Positions 27,051 through 38,887 of a stretch of 64,000 nucleotides of DNA are shown piece by piece. The notes below the pieces were generated by a model that was not told the DNA's origin, ran no database searches, and saw nothing but the letters and a program-made list of their open reading frames with translations. Each line of letters starts with the position of its first letter. The stretch's first letter is position 1. This DNA is from a virus (Duplodnaviria > Caudoviricetes), in IMG/VR virus record IMGVR_UViG_3300007754_000852; one strand, 5' to 3'. A program made the position numbers and the translations under genes.

Positions 27051-27255
27051 GCTATTGGTCATACAACCTGTCTAATATTACTATCATCATGATGCTTGAA
27101 ATCGCACCAACAGAGCTAAAGCAAAATGATGAAACGTTTGAAAGCACCGCAGAGAGAATTATTACTGATATATTTGTTGCAAGTATGAGATACCAAAATT
27201 GAAGATGTCTTAGCAATTTTACTCTCCGCTTTCATTTCTCTCAAGACACATTTCT

Positions 27256-28188
27256 CTATAGGGAGACCTTATATCCAACCTCAACAAGCTCACCATAATC
27301 AGGAATAAATCCCAATCTCACGGCATTCATCTCTTCAATATATTCCCAGTCATGTGTCTGAACTCTTTCGACATAAACCACTATTGATTTAACGACTGGA
27401 TCATCGGAACTCAAAACTATGCTGTCTCTCATCTGCGTTATAAACGATGATTCAGATAACCATAAAGACCAGTCATCTGCACAAATATCAATCGAATCCT
27501 TTCCATATAGACTAGCTAGCTCTGTGTACTTATATCCATATTCCCACGTATACGGACACTCGCTGTCGCCGCTATCAATTGTCGTTATTGACACAACATC
27601 ATGGTCAACGTCAACAAATGACGCGTCCATCCAATCTTTAAAAATAGATGGAGTTATATTACTTTGTTCATCCTCGTCAGAAATAAAAAATAGTAAAAAA
27701 TCAGACTCATCTCTTGAAAATTCTACACCTTCTGACGACGTTAAAAACGTGTATGTTGCTGCAAAGCCTTCCTCATAGAATGTTGAGGGTAAGAGGCTTG
27801 GTGCCATCAACATGTCTAGGGTACCTGAGTTGATGTCATATGGTCCTTGATATCCCAGATTTGTTGAATCAGCCGTGATATATCCAAACTGGTAATTGGA
27901 TGTAAGCATCTCAATATCTAGTCGAAGAAGATCCATTCCGCTTGCAACTGTTGAAAAGTTATCACTCATGCTACATGACGTGTCAAGCACAACAAGCACA
28001 TCAAGACTATCTATTTTATCAACCTGTGTAAATGAATCAACAATGACACGAGTTTCAGACTGATCAGTCATCTTAAAATCGCTACTGCACCCAGACAGCA
28101 TAAAAAGCACGCCAGCAAGAGACAATATGAACATGCAGGTCTTTTGACAAGCTAAAGACAGATAACTATCGGGCAGACCCAGCTGCAT
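27256..28188 (-). CDS. vWA-domain lipoprotein (paralogue of the C-terminal part of 14822..16414)
   Basis: Lipobox LSGC; DVLVVLDTSCSM; FISDEDEQS; YGKxxIDICADDW. Confidence 0.85.
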   Translation of the reverse strand: MQLGLPDSYLSLACQKTCMFILSLAGVLFMLSGCSSDFKMTDQSETRVIVDSFTQVDKIDSLDVLVVLDTSCSMSDNFSTVASGMDLLRLDIEMLTSNYQFGYITADSTNLGYQGPYDINSGTLDMLMAPSLLPSTFYEEGFAATYTFLTSSEGVEFSRDESDFLLFFISDEDEQSNITPSIFKDWMDASFVDVDHDVVSITTIDSGDSECPYTWEYGYKYTELASLYGKDSIDICADDWSLWLSESSFITQMRDSIVLSSDDPVVKSIVVYVERVQTHDWEYIEEMNAVRLGFIPDYGELVEVGYKVSL

Positions 28189-28248
28189 AACACCCTCAGA
28201 TATACATATGTGCTATGCGTAAAATGTCGATCTAGTCTTGTCTAGACT

Positions 28249-28437
28249 CTACTTAAAATTAACGTAAGGAGAGAGAATATCATCAATTTTTTTAATGACA
28301 CTTTCACACATCGCAGCAACGTTTTGCTGCTTAATGACCGACACTGATGGACTTGACCTTCCATCAAGAGAGTTATATGCATTTAAAACGATATTTCTTA
28401 CATCAACTATTTTATCTATATCTTCTTTTTTCATCAC
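28249..28437 (-). CDS. Hypothetical protein
   Basis: 62-aa helical ORF. Confidence 0.55.
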   Translation of the reverse strand: MMKKEDIDKIVDVRNIVLNAYNSLDGRSSPSVSVIKQQNVAAMCESVIKKIDDILSPYVNFK

Positions 28438-28554
28438 ACATGTTCCTGTAGCTGATTATTATTCAGCTCTGGGCAGCCACCAAGCCATTCATCTGATGTG
28501 ATTATCATTAAATGACCCAGGAGCTTACAGAGACAATTCTACATAGGCTGGATG

Positions 28555-29028
28555 CTAATCGTAAATTACATCAAGAATTTCAAAATACTTTACGCCACTC
28601 GGTGCGTCGATCTCAACATCATCACCAACAGATAGCCCTATTAGCTCAGATGCCAGAGGAGACTTATAGCTTATCTTTCCACCCTTTATATCAGACTCTG
28701 TCTCACCTACAATTCTATATGTTACCTCTTTCTCTGTGTCACAATTAAGAAGCTTGACTTTGACACCGAATACGACCCTTCCGTCTCTTGGTAAGCCGAT
28801 ATTGTAAATCACCTCTGTCTCACTGAGAAAGTTTTGTATCTGATTAATTCTCATCTCATTTTGCTGCTGTCTATCCTTCGCATATGTGAACTCTGCATTT
28901 TCACTGATGTCGCCATATTCACGCGCTACCTCTATCTCTTTTGCTATCTCTAGTCTTACAACAGTTGATAGATTGTTTAGCTCTCTTGCAAGATCATTAT
29001 ATCCGTTCTGTGTTATTGGATGTCTCAT
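28555..29028 (-). CDS. greA: Transcription elongation factor GreA
   Basis: PITQNGY, AREYGDISENAEF, VVFG, ISYKSPLA. Confidence 0.96.
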   Translation of the reverse strand: MRHPITQNGYNDLARELNNLSTVVRLEIAKEIEVAREYGDISENAEFTYAKDRQQQNEMRINQIQNFLSETEVIYNIGLPRDGRVVFGVKVKLLNCDTEKEVTYRIVGETESDIKGGKISYKSPLASELIGLSVGDDVEIDAPSGVKYFEILDVIYD

Positions 29029-29498
29029 TATTTCTTGTCCTCTATTTTATCTCTCATTCCTCTGTGGTCATTGACAAGTGTGCTACTACTTTGCACCTTT
29101 TTTCCACCAACATTCCACAGAAGATCAATTCCTAACTTTTTACATATGCTAATTTCAGGAGTGTTTGTGTTAATTCTATCACCCCCGTTTGCAAAATACG
29201 TAAGATCAACACTTTCTTTTAGCGTATTTAGCGCATCGCATACTGTTCTATCACTATCATTAACTGACACGACATCCACAACTCCCTTGATTGATCGCAA
29301 TATCTCTGCCCTCTCATCCCAAGGCATGAACACATATCCTTTTTTATTTCTAAGCCACCTATCGCTATTAAGGATCACTATCACCTCTCCGTGCCTCGCC
29401 GCATCTAATATCATCCTAACGTGACCAACATGAATCGGATCAAATCCTCCGCTTACTGCCACAGTATCTCTACACTTCTTGCCCATAGCTTTCTCCAA
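29028..29498 (-). CDS. Cytidylyltransferase/adenylyltransferase (TagD/RfaE-like)
   Basis: SGGFDPIHVGH, FANGGDR, KVQSSS. Confidence 0.92.
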   Translation of the reverse strand: MEKAMGKKCRDTVAVSGGFDPIHVGHVRMILDAARHGEVIVILNSDRWLRNKKGYVFMPWDERAEILRSIKGVVDVVSVNDSDRTVCDALNTLKESVDLTYFANGGDRINTNTPEISICKKLGIDLLWNVGGKKVQSSSTLVNDHRGMRDKIEDKK

Positions 29499-29697
29499 TT
29501 AAAATAAGGTCCTCCCTAAAGAACATCTCAGATTTTCCTGACACCATAACTATCATGATCTCAGGAAACTTCTCATCCATCTGCATGATATCTGAGCCGA
29601 TCACTATCCCGTACATCCCGCCAGGTGAAGCACTAGGCTCCCAACCGGCTGATAACATCGCAGACTCAGACAGTCTTACAAGACTTCCTACAACCAT
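29470..29697 (-). CDS. SH3/KOW-like small protein
   Basis: MVVGSLV...GIVIG...FREDLILI. Confidence 0.65.
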   Translation of the reverse strand: MVVGSLVRLSESAMLSAGWEPSASPGGMYGIVIGSDIMQMDEKFPEIMIVMVSGKSEMFFREDLILIGESYGQEV

Positions 29698-29744
29698 AAG
29701 GGTAAGTTTAACACATACGTTAAACTTTTACAAGGATAAGAGCT

Positions 29745-30194
29745 CTATCCCACACCTTCAAACTTAGAGCTCTGATAGTTGTTGTTGCTTCCAGTTAGTG
29801 TTCCTGTGAGAACTGGGAACTGATCGCTTTGGATTCCCGTTAGGCCGGCAACAAGGCTGAAACTTGCAGGAGCTGTTCCAGCATCCGCAGCAAACCACAG
29901 CTCCTTGCACCTTAGCTCAAGACGCGGAGTCGCCTGATTTCCTGAGACTAATAGATAGTTATTTGTCTCTTTTGAACCCAGAGTTCCTGTAACACCATTT
30001 TCAGAAAATCCGACACGGAGCCAGTTTTGACTTGTGTTCTGGACAACAAAGAAGCGAGTTACATATGGAAATTTAACTCGAACTGCCTCAGTCACGACCT
30101 CACTTGCTGCTGAACTAGTGACAAAAGGAACACCTGAAACCTCATATGCTGGAGTAAAATTTACTCCCTGTTTTGCTCTATTATCAACGCCCAC
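29745..30194 (-). CDS. Putative virion-associated beta-rich protein
   Basis: AYEVSGVPFVTSS...FPYVTR...LRVGFSENGV; preceded by class II motif; function inferred only. Confidence 0.55.
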   Translation of the reverse strand: MGVDNRAKQGVNFTPAYEVSGVPFVTSSAASEVVTEAVRVKFPYVTRFFVVQNTSQNWLRVGFSENGVTGTLGSKETNNYLLVSGNQATPRLELRCKELWFAADAGTAPASFSLVAGLTGIQSDQFPVLTGTLTGSNNNYQSSKFEGVG

Positions 30195-30272
30195 TTATAA
30201 CACCTCACTCATGCAATATTAATTATATACCCACAGATGAAATTGTGAATTTCATTTCTTTATGATTTTGTC

Positions 30273-30863
30273 TTACAGCTTAGACTCCCTATATGCATTG
30301 ACCATATCATGACAGTCGTCTTCATCTTGACTTTCTGGCGGAATACCACACTGTGCCATGTAAAAGTGAGTCAGCTCATGAACAAAGATATCATCTGCAG
30401 ACTCATCACAGTCTGAACAGATAAATGACCATGCGATATCTGGATAGATATATGTCGTAATTCCATAGAATTCCTTTCCAGGCATTCTATCTTTTGTAAA
30501 TGTCATAACAGATCGATCATTCAGCTTATCATCAGAAATAATGTGAACATTGATAAGACCCTTTCTACATGGCTGATCATCTATCAGGCTGGCCACATGA
30601 TTAGATACAAACATCACAGCTTCAGATACAACATTATTCAAGTCGTCAAGGTCTTTTTGGGTAGAGCCTTGAATCTGGACAATTGTCTCTCCGGTGACTG
30701 GAAGTACAAATGTCTTCTCAGACCTGACGTATGGACCTGCGTTAATTCGAGACTGTGAAACAAGTGATGTCTGGCTTGGCTCAGAGCATGAAAAAAGAGA
30801 AAGAATAAAGGAAAGCTTTAGAATCATCAGTATTACCTCTTGCTTAGATAATACCATACGCAC
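30273..30863 (-). CDS. Zincin (HExxH) lipoprotein
   Basis: Lipobox LFSC; FVHELTHF. Confidence 0.7.
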   Translation of the reverse strand: MRMVLSKQEVILMILKLSFILSLFSCSEPSQTSLVSQSRINAGPYVRSEKTFVLPVTGETIVQIQGSTQKDLDDLNNVVSEAVMFVSNHVASLIDDQPCRKGLINVHIISDDKLNDRSVMTFTKDRMPGKEFYGITTYIYPDIAWSFICSDCDESADDIFVHELTHFYMAQCGIPPESQDEDDCHDMVNAYRESKL

Positions 30864-30888
30864 TAGGCGCTTGCATGAAATCAGGTAG

Positions 30889-31302
30889 TTATTTTACCCA
30901 CACAATCATTGAATCAGCTATAGCGGGATCATCACCAAATTCTGCGTCTTGCTCTTTTGCCCATGAAATAGCCTTAAGTTCGTCTCGTTCGCGATGGCCA
31001 TCAAACATAGCAGCAAGAACATCTCCCCTTAGGCCAGGAAAGTTGACAGAGTCTGCCAAGGCTTCATATGCACTTTCAGGTGTAACATTAAACTTAGCAC
31101 CCTGATCAATCACTGACTGCCAATCACCGCCCTCTAAGGCACTTTTCATCGTTCCATGCTTAACTGTATTATGTCTGCTAGGGAGGGCTGCATGAACAAG
31201 TCGAGCTGCCGCCTCAAGCTTATCATCACCGGCTTGTTCAAATAGATGTCTTTCTAATTCTTCTCTAATGACCTGTCGAAGCTGGCTTTTTGTAATTCGC
31301 AT
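30889..31302 (-). CDS. Phage protein with MRITKSQLRQVIREE N-terminal motif
   Basis: Motif typical of large-phage head-associated proteins; ATATTTA upstream. Confidence 0.75.
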   Translation of the reverse strand: MRITKSQLRQVIREELERHLFEQAGDDKLEAAARLVHAALPSRHNTVKHGTMKSALEGGDWQSVIDQGAKFNVTPESAYEALADSVNFPGLRGDVLAAMFDGHRERDELKAISWAKEQDAEFGDDPAIADSMIVWVK

Positions 31303-31368
31303 TTGTTTTATCTCTCCAGAACATTATTAAATATGTTATGATTGTGAAACTTTCCCTTCTTTTCGATC

Positions 31369-31620
31369 CTAATTGTCGTATTCATCAGGTACATCTGGCT
31401 TTCTTATGAGAAATTCCTTTTGATTTTCTCCATCTGTTATTTTTCCAGTTATGTATCTATCATCTTTAAGAAGAGACTTACGAGACTCTTCAACCTCATC
31501 GCAAAAGCTTAAAAACTCTTCAACGGGAAATGCGATAGATGTCCTGTCAATTGATATAACCACTACGTCTGTGTCAGTGTCTATCCATATATTTTCTGTT
31601 AAGATCGTAAGACTATTCAC
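31369..31620 (-). CDS. Hypothetical protein
   Basis: GAGGTG SD, tiling ORF. Confidence 0.6.
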   Translation of the reverse strand: MNSLTILTENIWIDTDTDVVVISIDRTSIAFPVEEFLSFCDEVEESRKSLLKDDRYITGKITDGENQKEFLIRKPDVPDEYDN

Positions 31621-31670
31621 ACTGCACCTCTAAATGTGATGATCATAGAATATCTATGTTAACAATGATG

Positions 31671-32249
31671 TCAGATATCTATTTTTTTAAAGACATACAG
31701 CTTTGATCTGTGGTCAGGGACAACCTCAATCTCTTTCATCTTATTGATGCTTCCAAACAGTCCTGGAACAACTTCATCGTCGTGTGAGAAGATCAAGTCA
31801 TAATCCTTTAGCGTCTTTTTTATCTCACGCTCAGACAACAGCAACCCACGAATATATCCGTTTGAATTCTCGTATTCCTCATATGAAGCCCTCTCCCATG
31901 TTTCATCATGTGCGATCATTGTCTTAATGATTATGTATGACGGTGAAATTCTTCTCCACAGAGATGCCATTGCATGAAAATACTCAAGAGACGGAAAGTG
32001 ATAGATCACAGAAAATACTGTTAAAAGGTCTATCCTTGTAGACCCTAGTACGTCAGACACATCTTTAAATGTTGACGTACTATCTATAAGATACGTAGTT
32101 GCTGCTGGAATCACAGCAGCTGCGACATCAAGAACATCCTGTGACACGTCAACAAGGTGAACATCCCTTCCATCACTTATCATCTCAGACGTCCAGCACG
32201 ATCCAGGTCCCCAGTCTAAGACTGATGTGATATCGCTCATGTCAATCAT
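31671..32249 (-). CDS. Class I SAM-dependent methyltransferase
   Basis: VLDWGPGSC, LVDVSQ, VFSVIYHFPS; frame stays open 47 codons upstream of this ATG. Confidence 0.85.
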   Translation of the reverse strand: MIDMSDITSVLDWGPGSCWTSEMISDGRDVHLVDVSQDVLDVAAAVIPAATTYLIDSTSTFKDVSDVLGSTRIDLLTVFSVIYHFPSLEYFHAMASLWRRISPSYIIIKTMIAHDETWERASYEEYENSNGYIRGLLLSEREIKKTLKDYDLIFSHDDEVVPGLFGSINKMKEIEVVPDHRSKLYVFKKIDI

Positions 32250-32359
32250 CTCAATACATCTTGAAAATGATCTTTGAACATGGTGCTTTTTCTTTCTTAC
32301 CGCATCTCCAGGAGGCTTAATGTGCTTCCACCCTGGTGAGACGTCTTTCCACGTATCAT

Positions 32360-32638
32360 TTATTTTTTTGTGGATGTCTCTTTTTTTTTGTTATTATTTT
32401 TTACCTTCACTGATTTTTTAGCAAGATTACTTATGACTTTTTTCGGTCTAAATAGATCAGGATTACCCAAACCAAATGATGATAGTAAGCTATCTACTGT
32501 GTCATCATCCGGTGCACTGATGTCTTCTGCAAGAAGCACATCAATAAACTCCTCTCGTGTTCGAATGTTATTCTTTTTAAAAAACTCCTGAACGTTCACC
32601 CTTCTTCTTCCTACAAAAAAATTCCAACTGATACCCAT
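32360..32638 (-). CDS. Hypothetical protein with Lys-rich tail
   Basis: 92-aa ORF; A9 run near 3' end. Confidence 0.7.
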   Translation of the reverse strand: MGISWNFFVGRRRVNVQEFFKKNNIRTREEFIDVLLAEDISAPDDDTVDSLLSSFGLGNPDLFRPKKVISNLAKKSVKVKNNNKKKETSTKK

Positions 32639-32677
32639 AACAGACTTTCTCTCCCTATAACATTAACTATTCAAAGC

Positions 32678-33043
32678 CTAGTCTAACAGCTTTAACATGT
32701 CAAGAATTCCAGACTGGAACCTGGGATCAGATGAGATTCTCTTTACATTTTCATCTGTTAGTTTGATGTCATATAGCCTACAAGTATTCTCAACAAACTT
32801 TGTCATCGCAGATAGAAAGATGTTTCTAGCCGTAGAGTGATTCATTTTGTGACCCATTGATGTCATCATCTCAGCGATCTCTCTATATCCTAGACCATCA
32901 TCTTGAGATCTAACAGTTGCATATCCATGATCAGTTTTATAACCTTTTGGCATTGACATATCTTTATCCCTCCACAATCTTGGCCACAGCGGCTTCATCG
33001 ATATCAAATTCATCTGTACTGTTAAAATTATCAGATATTCCAA
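32678..33043 (-). CDS. HTH-type protein downstream of the sigma gene (likely start MSMPKGY)
   Basis: LGYREIAEMM...NHSTARN helix-turn-helix pattern. Confidence 0.65.
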   Translation of the reverse strand: MEYLIILTVQMNLISMKPLWPRLWRDKDMSMPKGYKTDHGYATVRSQDDGLGYREIAEMMTSMGHKMNHSTARNIFLSAMTKFVENTCRLYDIKLTDENVKRISSDPRFQSGILDMLKLLD

Positions 33044-33725
33044 ATCTAAGTCTTAGAATTTGCTCTTCTCTCTGCGAGAGTCTTGACAGACATGATTTGA
33101 TCATGATTAAAACCTTTTCCTTGTCTAGAATACTATCAACATCTACATTATCATTATCAGCGATGACCTCAATAATTGACCTTCCGCCTTCATCATTTCC
33201 CATTGTGCTATCAATTGAAATCATATTTTGAAACTTTATAGACTCAAGGCTTGCCTTGACCATATTCTCTGTAACACCGAGAAGTTCAGATATCTCAGCA
33301 ATGCTAGGCTTCTGTCCAAGATCGCTCTCATATTCCTTCATGATCATTCTGACCTTATAGGCCAAAGATGCTGTGTGTGCTGGAACCTTAACTGTGTTTC
33401 TATTTGTGCTGATGTGTCGACAAACAGACTGCTTTATCCACCAGCATGCATATGTGCTAAACTTGAAGCCCCTTCTCCAGTCAAACTTTTCAACAGCTTT
33501 CATTAGGCCGATATTTGACTCTTGGATGAGGTCTTCCATATCACATCCGCTTTTATAATATTTTTTTGCTATACTAATTGCAAGACGAAGATTAGATTCA
33601 ATCATAATGCTTCTGGCTTCTGCGTCTCCTTTTTCAATTCGCTTAGAGAGAATTACCTCCTCCTCTCTTGTTAGAAGGCTTGTTTTTGAAACATCTTTAA
33701 AGTATGAATCAAGTGATTGCGACAT
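32964..33725 (-). CDS. Sigma70-family (RpoD-like) RNA polymerase sigma factor
   Basis: Region 1.2 LLTREEE, region 2 DLIQESNIGLMKAVEKFDWRRGFKFSTYACWWIKQ, region 4 LSQREEQILRLRFG. Confidence 0.96.
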   Translation of the reverse strand: MSQSLDSYFKDVSKTSLLTREEEVILSKRIEKGDAEARSIMIESNLRLAISIAKKYYKSGCDMEDLIQESNIGLMKAVEKFDWRRGFKFSTYACWWIKQSVCRHISTNRNTVKVPAHTASLAYKVRMIMKEYESDLGQKPSIAEISELLGVTENMVKASLESIKFQNMISIDSTMGNDEGGRSIIEVIADNDNVDVDSILDKEKVLIMIKSCLSRLSQREEQILRLRFGISDNFNSTDEFDIDEAAVAKIVEG

Positions 33726-33747
33726 TATAAACTCCGATTCTTAGATC

Positions 33748-33776
33748 ATTTAATCGCTGATTGTGAAAAGTTACAC
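33748..33776 (-). promoter_or_regulatory. Class I-like promoter upstream of the sigma gene
   Basis: GTGTAAC ttttcacaatcagcga TTAAAT (weaker -10). Confidence 0.5.
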
Positions 33777-33834
33777 GAAAATACGTGTTCCTAATGATTA
33801 ATATAGACACCCATCTAGAATAGAAAAGGGGTAT

Positions 33835-34068
33835 TTAGAAAGATGTATTTCGACGCCTGTTTTCTAGTGATGCTGTGTAGTTTATGTGAGCAATCTTTCT
33901 GGCACGTCTCACCTCTAGCTCTCTGTGAACATAGCATAGTTCAGTCTCTAGAAACTCTCTACTGCCTCTGTCTCTTGTTCTTTCAATTCGACGTGTCAGA
34001 TTATTGAAGATCCTGTTAAGCTCATGCTCATCCATCTTCAGAAGCTCATCATAGTCTAGTCTTCTCAT
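33835..34068 (-). CDS. Hypothetical helical protein
   Basis: MRRLDYDELL... after GGAGG SD. Confidence 0.65.
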   Translation of the reverse strand: MRRLDYDELLKMDEHELNRIFNNLTRRIERTRDRGSREFLETELCYVHRELEVRRARKIAHINYTASLENRRRNTSF

Positions 34069-34095
34069 GCTACCTCCTTTTAACGGTGCATGTTT

Positions 34096-34124
34096 ATTAT
34101 ACCAAAGCAAAGCTAAGTTTACAT
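34096..34124 (-). promoter_or_regulatory. Class I promoter
   Basis: ATGTAAA cttagctttgctttgg TATAAT. Confidence 0.75.
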
Positions 34125-34128
34125 GAAA

Positions 34129-34362
34129 CTAAGAAACATTTACAAACGTTCCAAACCTATCCTTTATTAGCAGGTGTAACTGTGATTTTGGAATTCGTGT
34201 CCTGACGGAGACAGCATACTTTTTTACACCCTTGTTGCCTATCTCTCTAATTTCACCCATTGAAACTAAGGCCTTATTTAGCTTTGCCCACCTTATCGCT
34301 AACTGCAAGTCTGTTACATATGTTGCAATAATTATAGATTTTTTTGAATTGGGTCTTTTCAC
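34129..34362 (-). CDS. Hypothetical protein
   Basis: Tiling ORF. Confidence 0.55.
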   Translation of the reverse strand: MKRPNSKKSIIIATYVTDLQLAIRWAKLNKALVSMGEIREIGNKGVKKYAVSVRTRIPKSQLHLLIKDRFGTFVNVS

Positions 34363-34746
34363 TTAGATCACAATCGGCTTTCCATTATATAAGACCTTCT
34401 TATTGTTTAGCGTCAAAACTGTTACAATCTTAACGCCAGGCAGGCCCTTTATTAACTTTCCTATAGATTTTAGATTTTTTAAATCGCTTCCCGCTCTCGG
34501 TAAAAATTTAACGTACACCTCAAGAATCGTATTTTTATCTCCTGCTCTCTGAACAGGTTCCTTTTGTCCAACAACAGCAACCGTTGGTAGAACCCTGATT
34601 CTTGTAAGTGTGTCAGGAACGTGAGCGTCACTAACCATTGTCAGTCGACAAGTTATGTTCACAAGATCAGACTTTAATCTAAGACCAGCAGACTGCTCGC
34701 TTAAAATCATCTTAACAATGCTTTTTAATAGATGGTTTTCTGACAT
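34363..34746 (-). CDS. Phage protein with 'LLKSIVKMILSE' N-terminal motif
   Basis: Motif plus ATACCTA upstream. Confidence 0.65.
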   Translation of the reverse strand: MSENHLLKSIVKMILSEQSAGLRLKSDLVNITCRLTMVSDAHVPDTLTRIRVLPTVAVVGQKEPVQRAGDKNTILEVYVKFLPRAGSDLKNLKSIGKLIKGLPGVKIVTVLTLNNKKVLYNGKPIVI

Positions 34747-34803
34747 GTCTAGGCGTTTTTCACTTCCACATAGATAGGTATGTCGACCAAATTGAAATAA
34801 AGA

Positions 34804-36715
<1,912 letters not shown>

Positions 36716-36719
<4 letters not shown>

Positions 36720-37123
36720 GTAAGACCTTCGATATTAAAACTCGCCTTCGTTCCGTCTCCTAGATCTACAGATATTTTTTCAGAGTATTCATCACTGCCC
36801 GGAGTCTGTGATAAATCGACATCAGGTGCATCATCACCAAATATATTCTTTTTCATCTCGTTTGCCGATAGCACCATACTATTTACTGTCTCTAGCGCAT
36901 CACTTATCAGCTTTTCCTTTAGCTCATCGAGAGATGTAAACACATCGACATCAAGATTGTCAAGAGAAACACAGCTCATTTTTTTATCAGGCAGCTTCAC
37001 GACATACGACACCTCCTCAGATTCAAGAGTTCTTCTTGACACCTGCTCAGTGATCAATGATGGAAAAATACGAGAATTATTCCTTGACAGTAAATACACT
37101 ATCTGACCAACACTATAGCCCAT
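36716..37123 (-). CDS. Hypothetical protein with SH3-like N-terminus
   Basis: YSVGQIVYLL...EQVSRRTL. Confidence 0.7.
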
Positions 37124-37172
37124 AACCTCTCCCGTTGAAGGAAATATACATCATAAATCATCAATAATATAC

Positions 37173-37207
37173 AAAAACAGCCCACCTTTTTAAAGGCAGG
37201 CTGTTTT
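37173..37207 (-). terminator. Rho-independent terminator
   Basis: ACAGCCTGCC-loop-GGTGGGCTGT followed by TTTT; A/T tracts on both sides. Confidence 0.8.
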
Positions 37208-37230
37208 ATCTGGAGGTATACTAACGAATC

Positions 37231-37674
37231 TTACTTAAATCCAATTCCAGGAAATGCGAGATTTATCAATCCCTTTCTGCTGTTGGAGGGCTGATTTTCA
37301 CCATACAGCCACTTACTATCACTTTCAAGCATTCCAAGATCTTCAAGAACAGTTCTTATCTCTCCTCGAACTGCCTCGCGAAGTCGTGACTCTTCAAGAT
37401 TTTGTCTTCTCATGCTTAAAACGGCCTCTCTTAGTTCATTCTCATCAACCTCAAGAACCTCATCTTCATCAATAGATTCACCTTCTTCTAAATCACCCTC
37501 TTCATCAGATTGTAACTCATTTAATTGTTCAGCCTGATCTGGGTCATCGACACCAGGGTCATCATGTCTGCTTCTATTCTGCGCTTCTGTTAGCATCTCA
37601 GACTCAGAAGATGGTAATCCTGCTAACTTAGAAAGCCTATTTACGTCAAAGTTCATATTAAATTTCTCCAGCAT
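37231..37674 (-). CDS. Acidic putative head-associated protein
   Basis: RLSKLAGL...MLTE; LREAVRGEI; ATATTTA immediately upstream. Confidence 0.65.
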   Translation of the reverse strand: MLEKFNMNFDVNRLSKLAGLPSSESEMLTEAQNRSRHDDPGVDDPDQAEQLNELQSDEEGDLEEGESIDEDEVLEVDENELREAVLSMRRQNLEESRLREAVRGEIRTVLEDLGMLESDSKWLYGENQPSNSRKGLINLAFPGIGFK

Positions 37675-37716
37675 AGATTAAATATGACCCATTAAAAAAA
37701 ACATCCCTCACTATTG

Positions 37717-38067
37717 TCATGTTTCAAGATTATTTTTAACATTACTTGATATCGCTTGGCCTTTTTTAACAGCTGCGGCCAGGGGGTCTAGGCCGAGAGA
37801 AACTCTCACAACATCGTATGTATCTCGATCAAGCCTCTCCTTAAGAACAGCCATATCAGCATATTGGTGAAGATCCCACTGTGAAACAGGTACGTCTTCT
37901 CCATCTAGACCTGGCTCAAACTCTCCTGTCTCTCTTGATTCAAAAATGTACAAGAAGGTCGGCATGTCTTCATCTTCAGGAACCATTACAAACGGAATGC
38001 TTGAAGATGATCCGTCAGTATTTTCCTCATATAGTATCTCTGGAACCCAATTAGATGTATTGCTCAT
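37717..38067 (-). CDS. Hypothetical protein
   Basis: WVPEILYEE...IPFV; GGAG SD. Confidence 0.7.
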   Translation of the reverse strand: MSNTSNWVPEILYEENTDGSSSSIPFVMVPEDEDMPTFLYIFESRETGEFEPGLDGEDVPVSQWDLHQYADMAVLKERLDRDTYDVVRVSLGLDPLAAAVKKGQAISSNVKNNLET

Positions 38068-38122
38068 TTAATCTCCTAATAGAATAAGTGAATTATTTCA
38101 CACACACCCTGAAACGTTTATG

Positions 38123-38887
38123 CTAAATGCTACCTTCTAATCCCAGTGTAACCCTGGCATCATTAAAAATCCCTTTAATAGCTGCAGCCTCACCGGGAAA
38201 ATCCTCTGTCATATCTAGGAACGAAGACTCCCAAGACGCAATCAGAAGGGTAGAAATTGCAGGAATCACATTTGTAACAATAATATGTCGAAGAGAATCG
38301 ATCTGGTCGACATCTAGCTTTGATAAAATTTCTCCAATTATTCTTTCAGCATCTGATTCAGACTTCGCCATCTCGTTGAGTTCATTAACTATCTCGCTCA
38401 CAGTTCCGTCGGAGATGCGTGACAGCATAGATGTTATCTGTTCAACATCCTGACTAAGAGCAGGAATAAATCTTCCAAGATTCCCTTCCTCTATTGTTTC
38501 AATATCATCACCAATTTTACCTCCGAGCACCTCACTAACTCTTGGAAAGTGATCACCGAATAGCGAGCCAGACTTCTGAAAGATGTCATTAAACATATCA
38601 ATAAGACTTTTTGTAATAAAGTCATCTTCAAGACCGATTGTATTCTTGATCTTTTCATACGTCTCTGGTCCATAGACGCCTAAGAGACCTATGATTCCTC
38701 CAGCTCTGCTAATAATTGAGCTCGGTATGAATCGTCCAAGGCCGCTGGTTTGGACCTCTCCAAACATCTCAAAAAAGCTATCATTTCTATTTGTCTGTCG
38801 TTGGGCTCCGAGAGTGAAGCCTATATCACCCATTATTTCACTTATTACCCTAGAAAGTCTCACATTGTCATATTTTTCTGATGTCAC
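38123..38887 (-). CDS. Hypothetical protein
   Basis: 254-aa helical ORF with repeated GRFIP. Confidence 0.7.
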   Translation of the reverse strand: MTSEKYDNVRLSRVISEIMGDIGFTLGAQRQTNRNDSFFEMFGEVQTSGLGRFIPSSIISRAGGIIGLLGVYGPETYEKIKNTIGLEDDFITKSLIDMFNDIFQKSGSLFGDHFPRVSEVLGGKIGDDIETIEEGNLGRFIPALSQDVEQITSMLSRISDGTVSEIVNELNEMAKSESDAERIIGEILSKLDVDQIDSLRHIIVTNVIPAISTLLIASWESSFLDMTEDFPGEAAAIKGIFNDARVTLGLEGSI

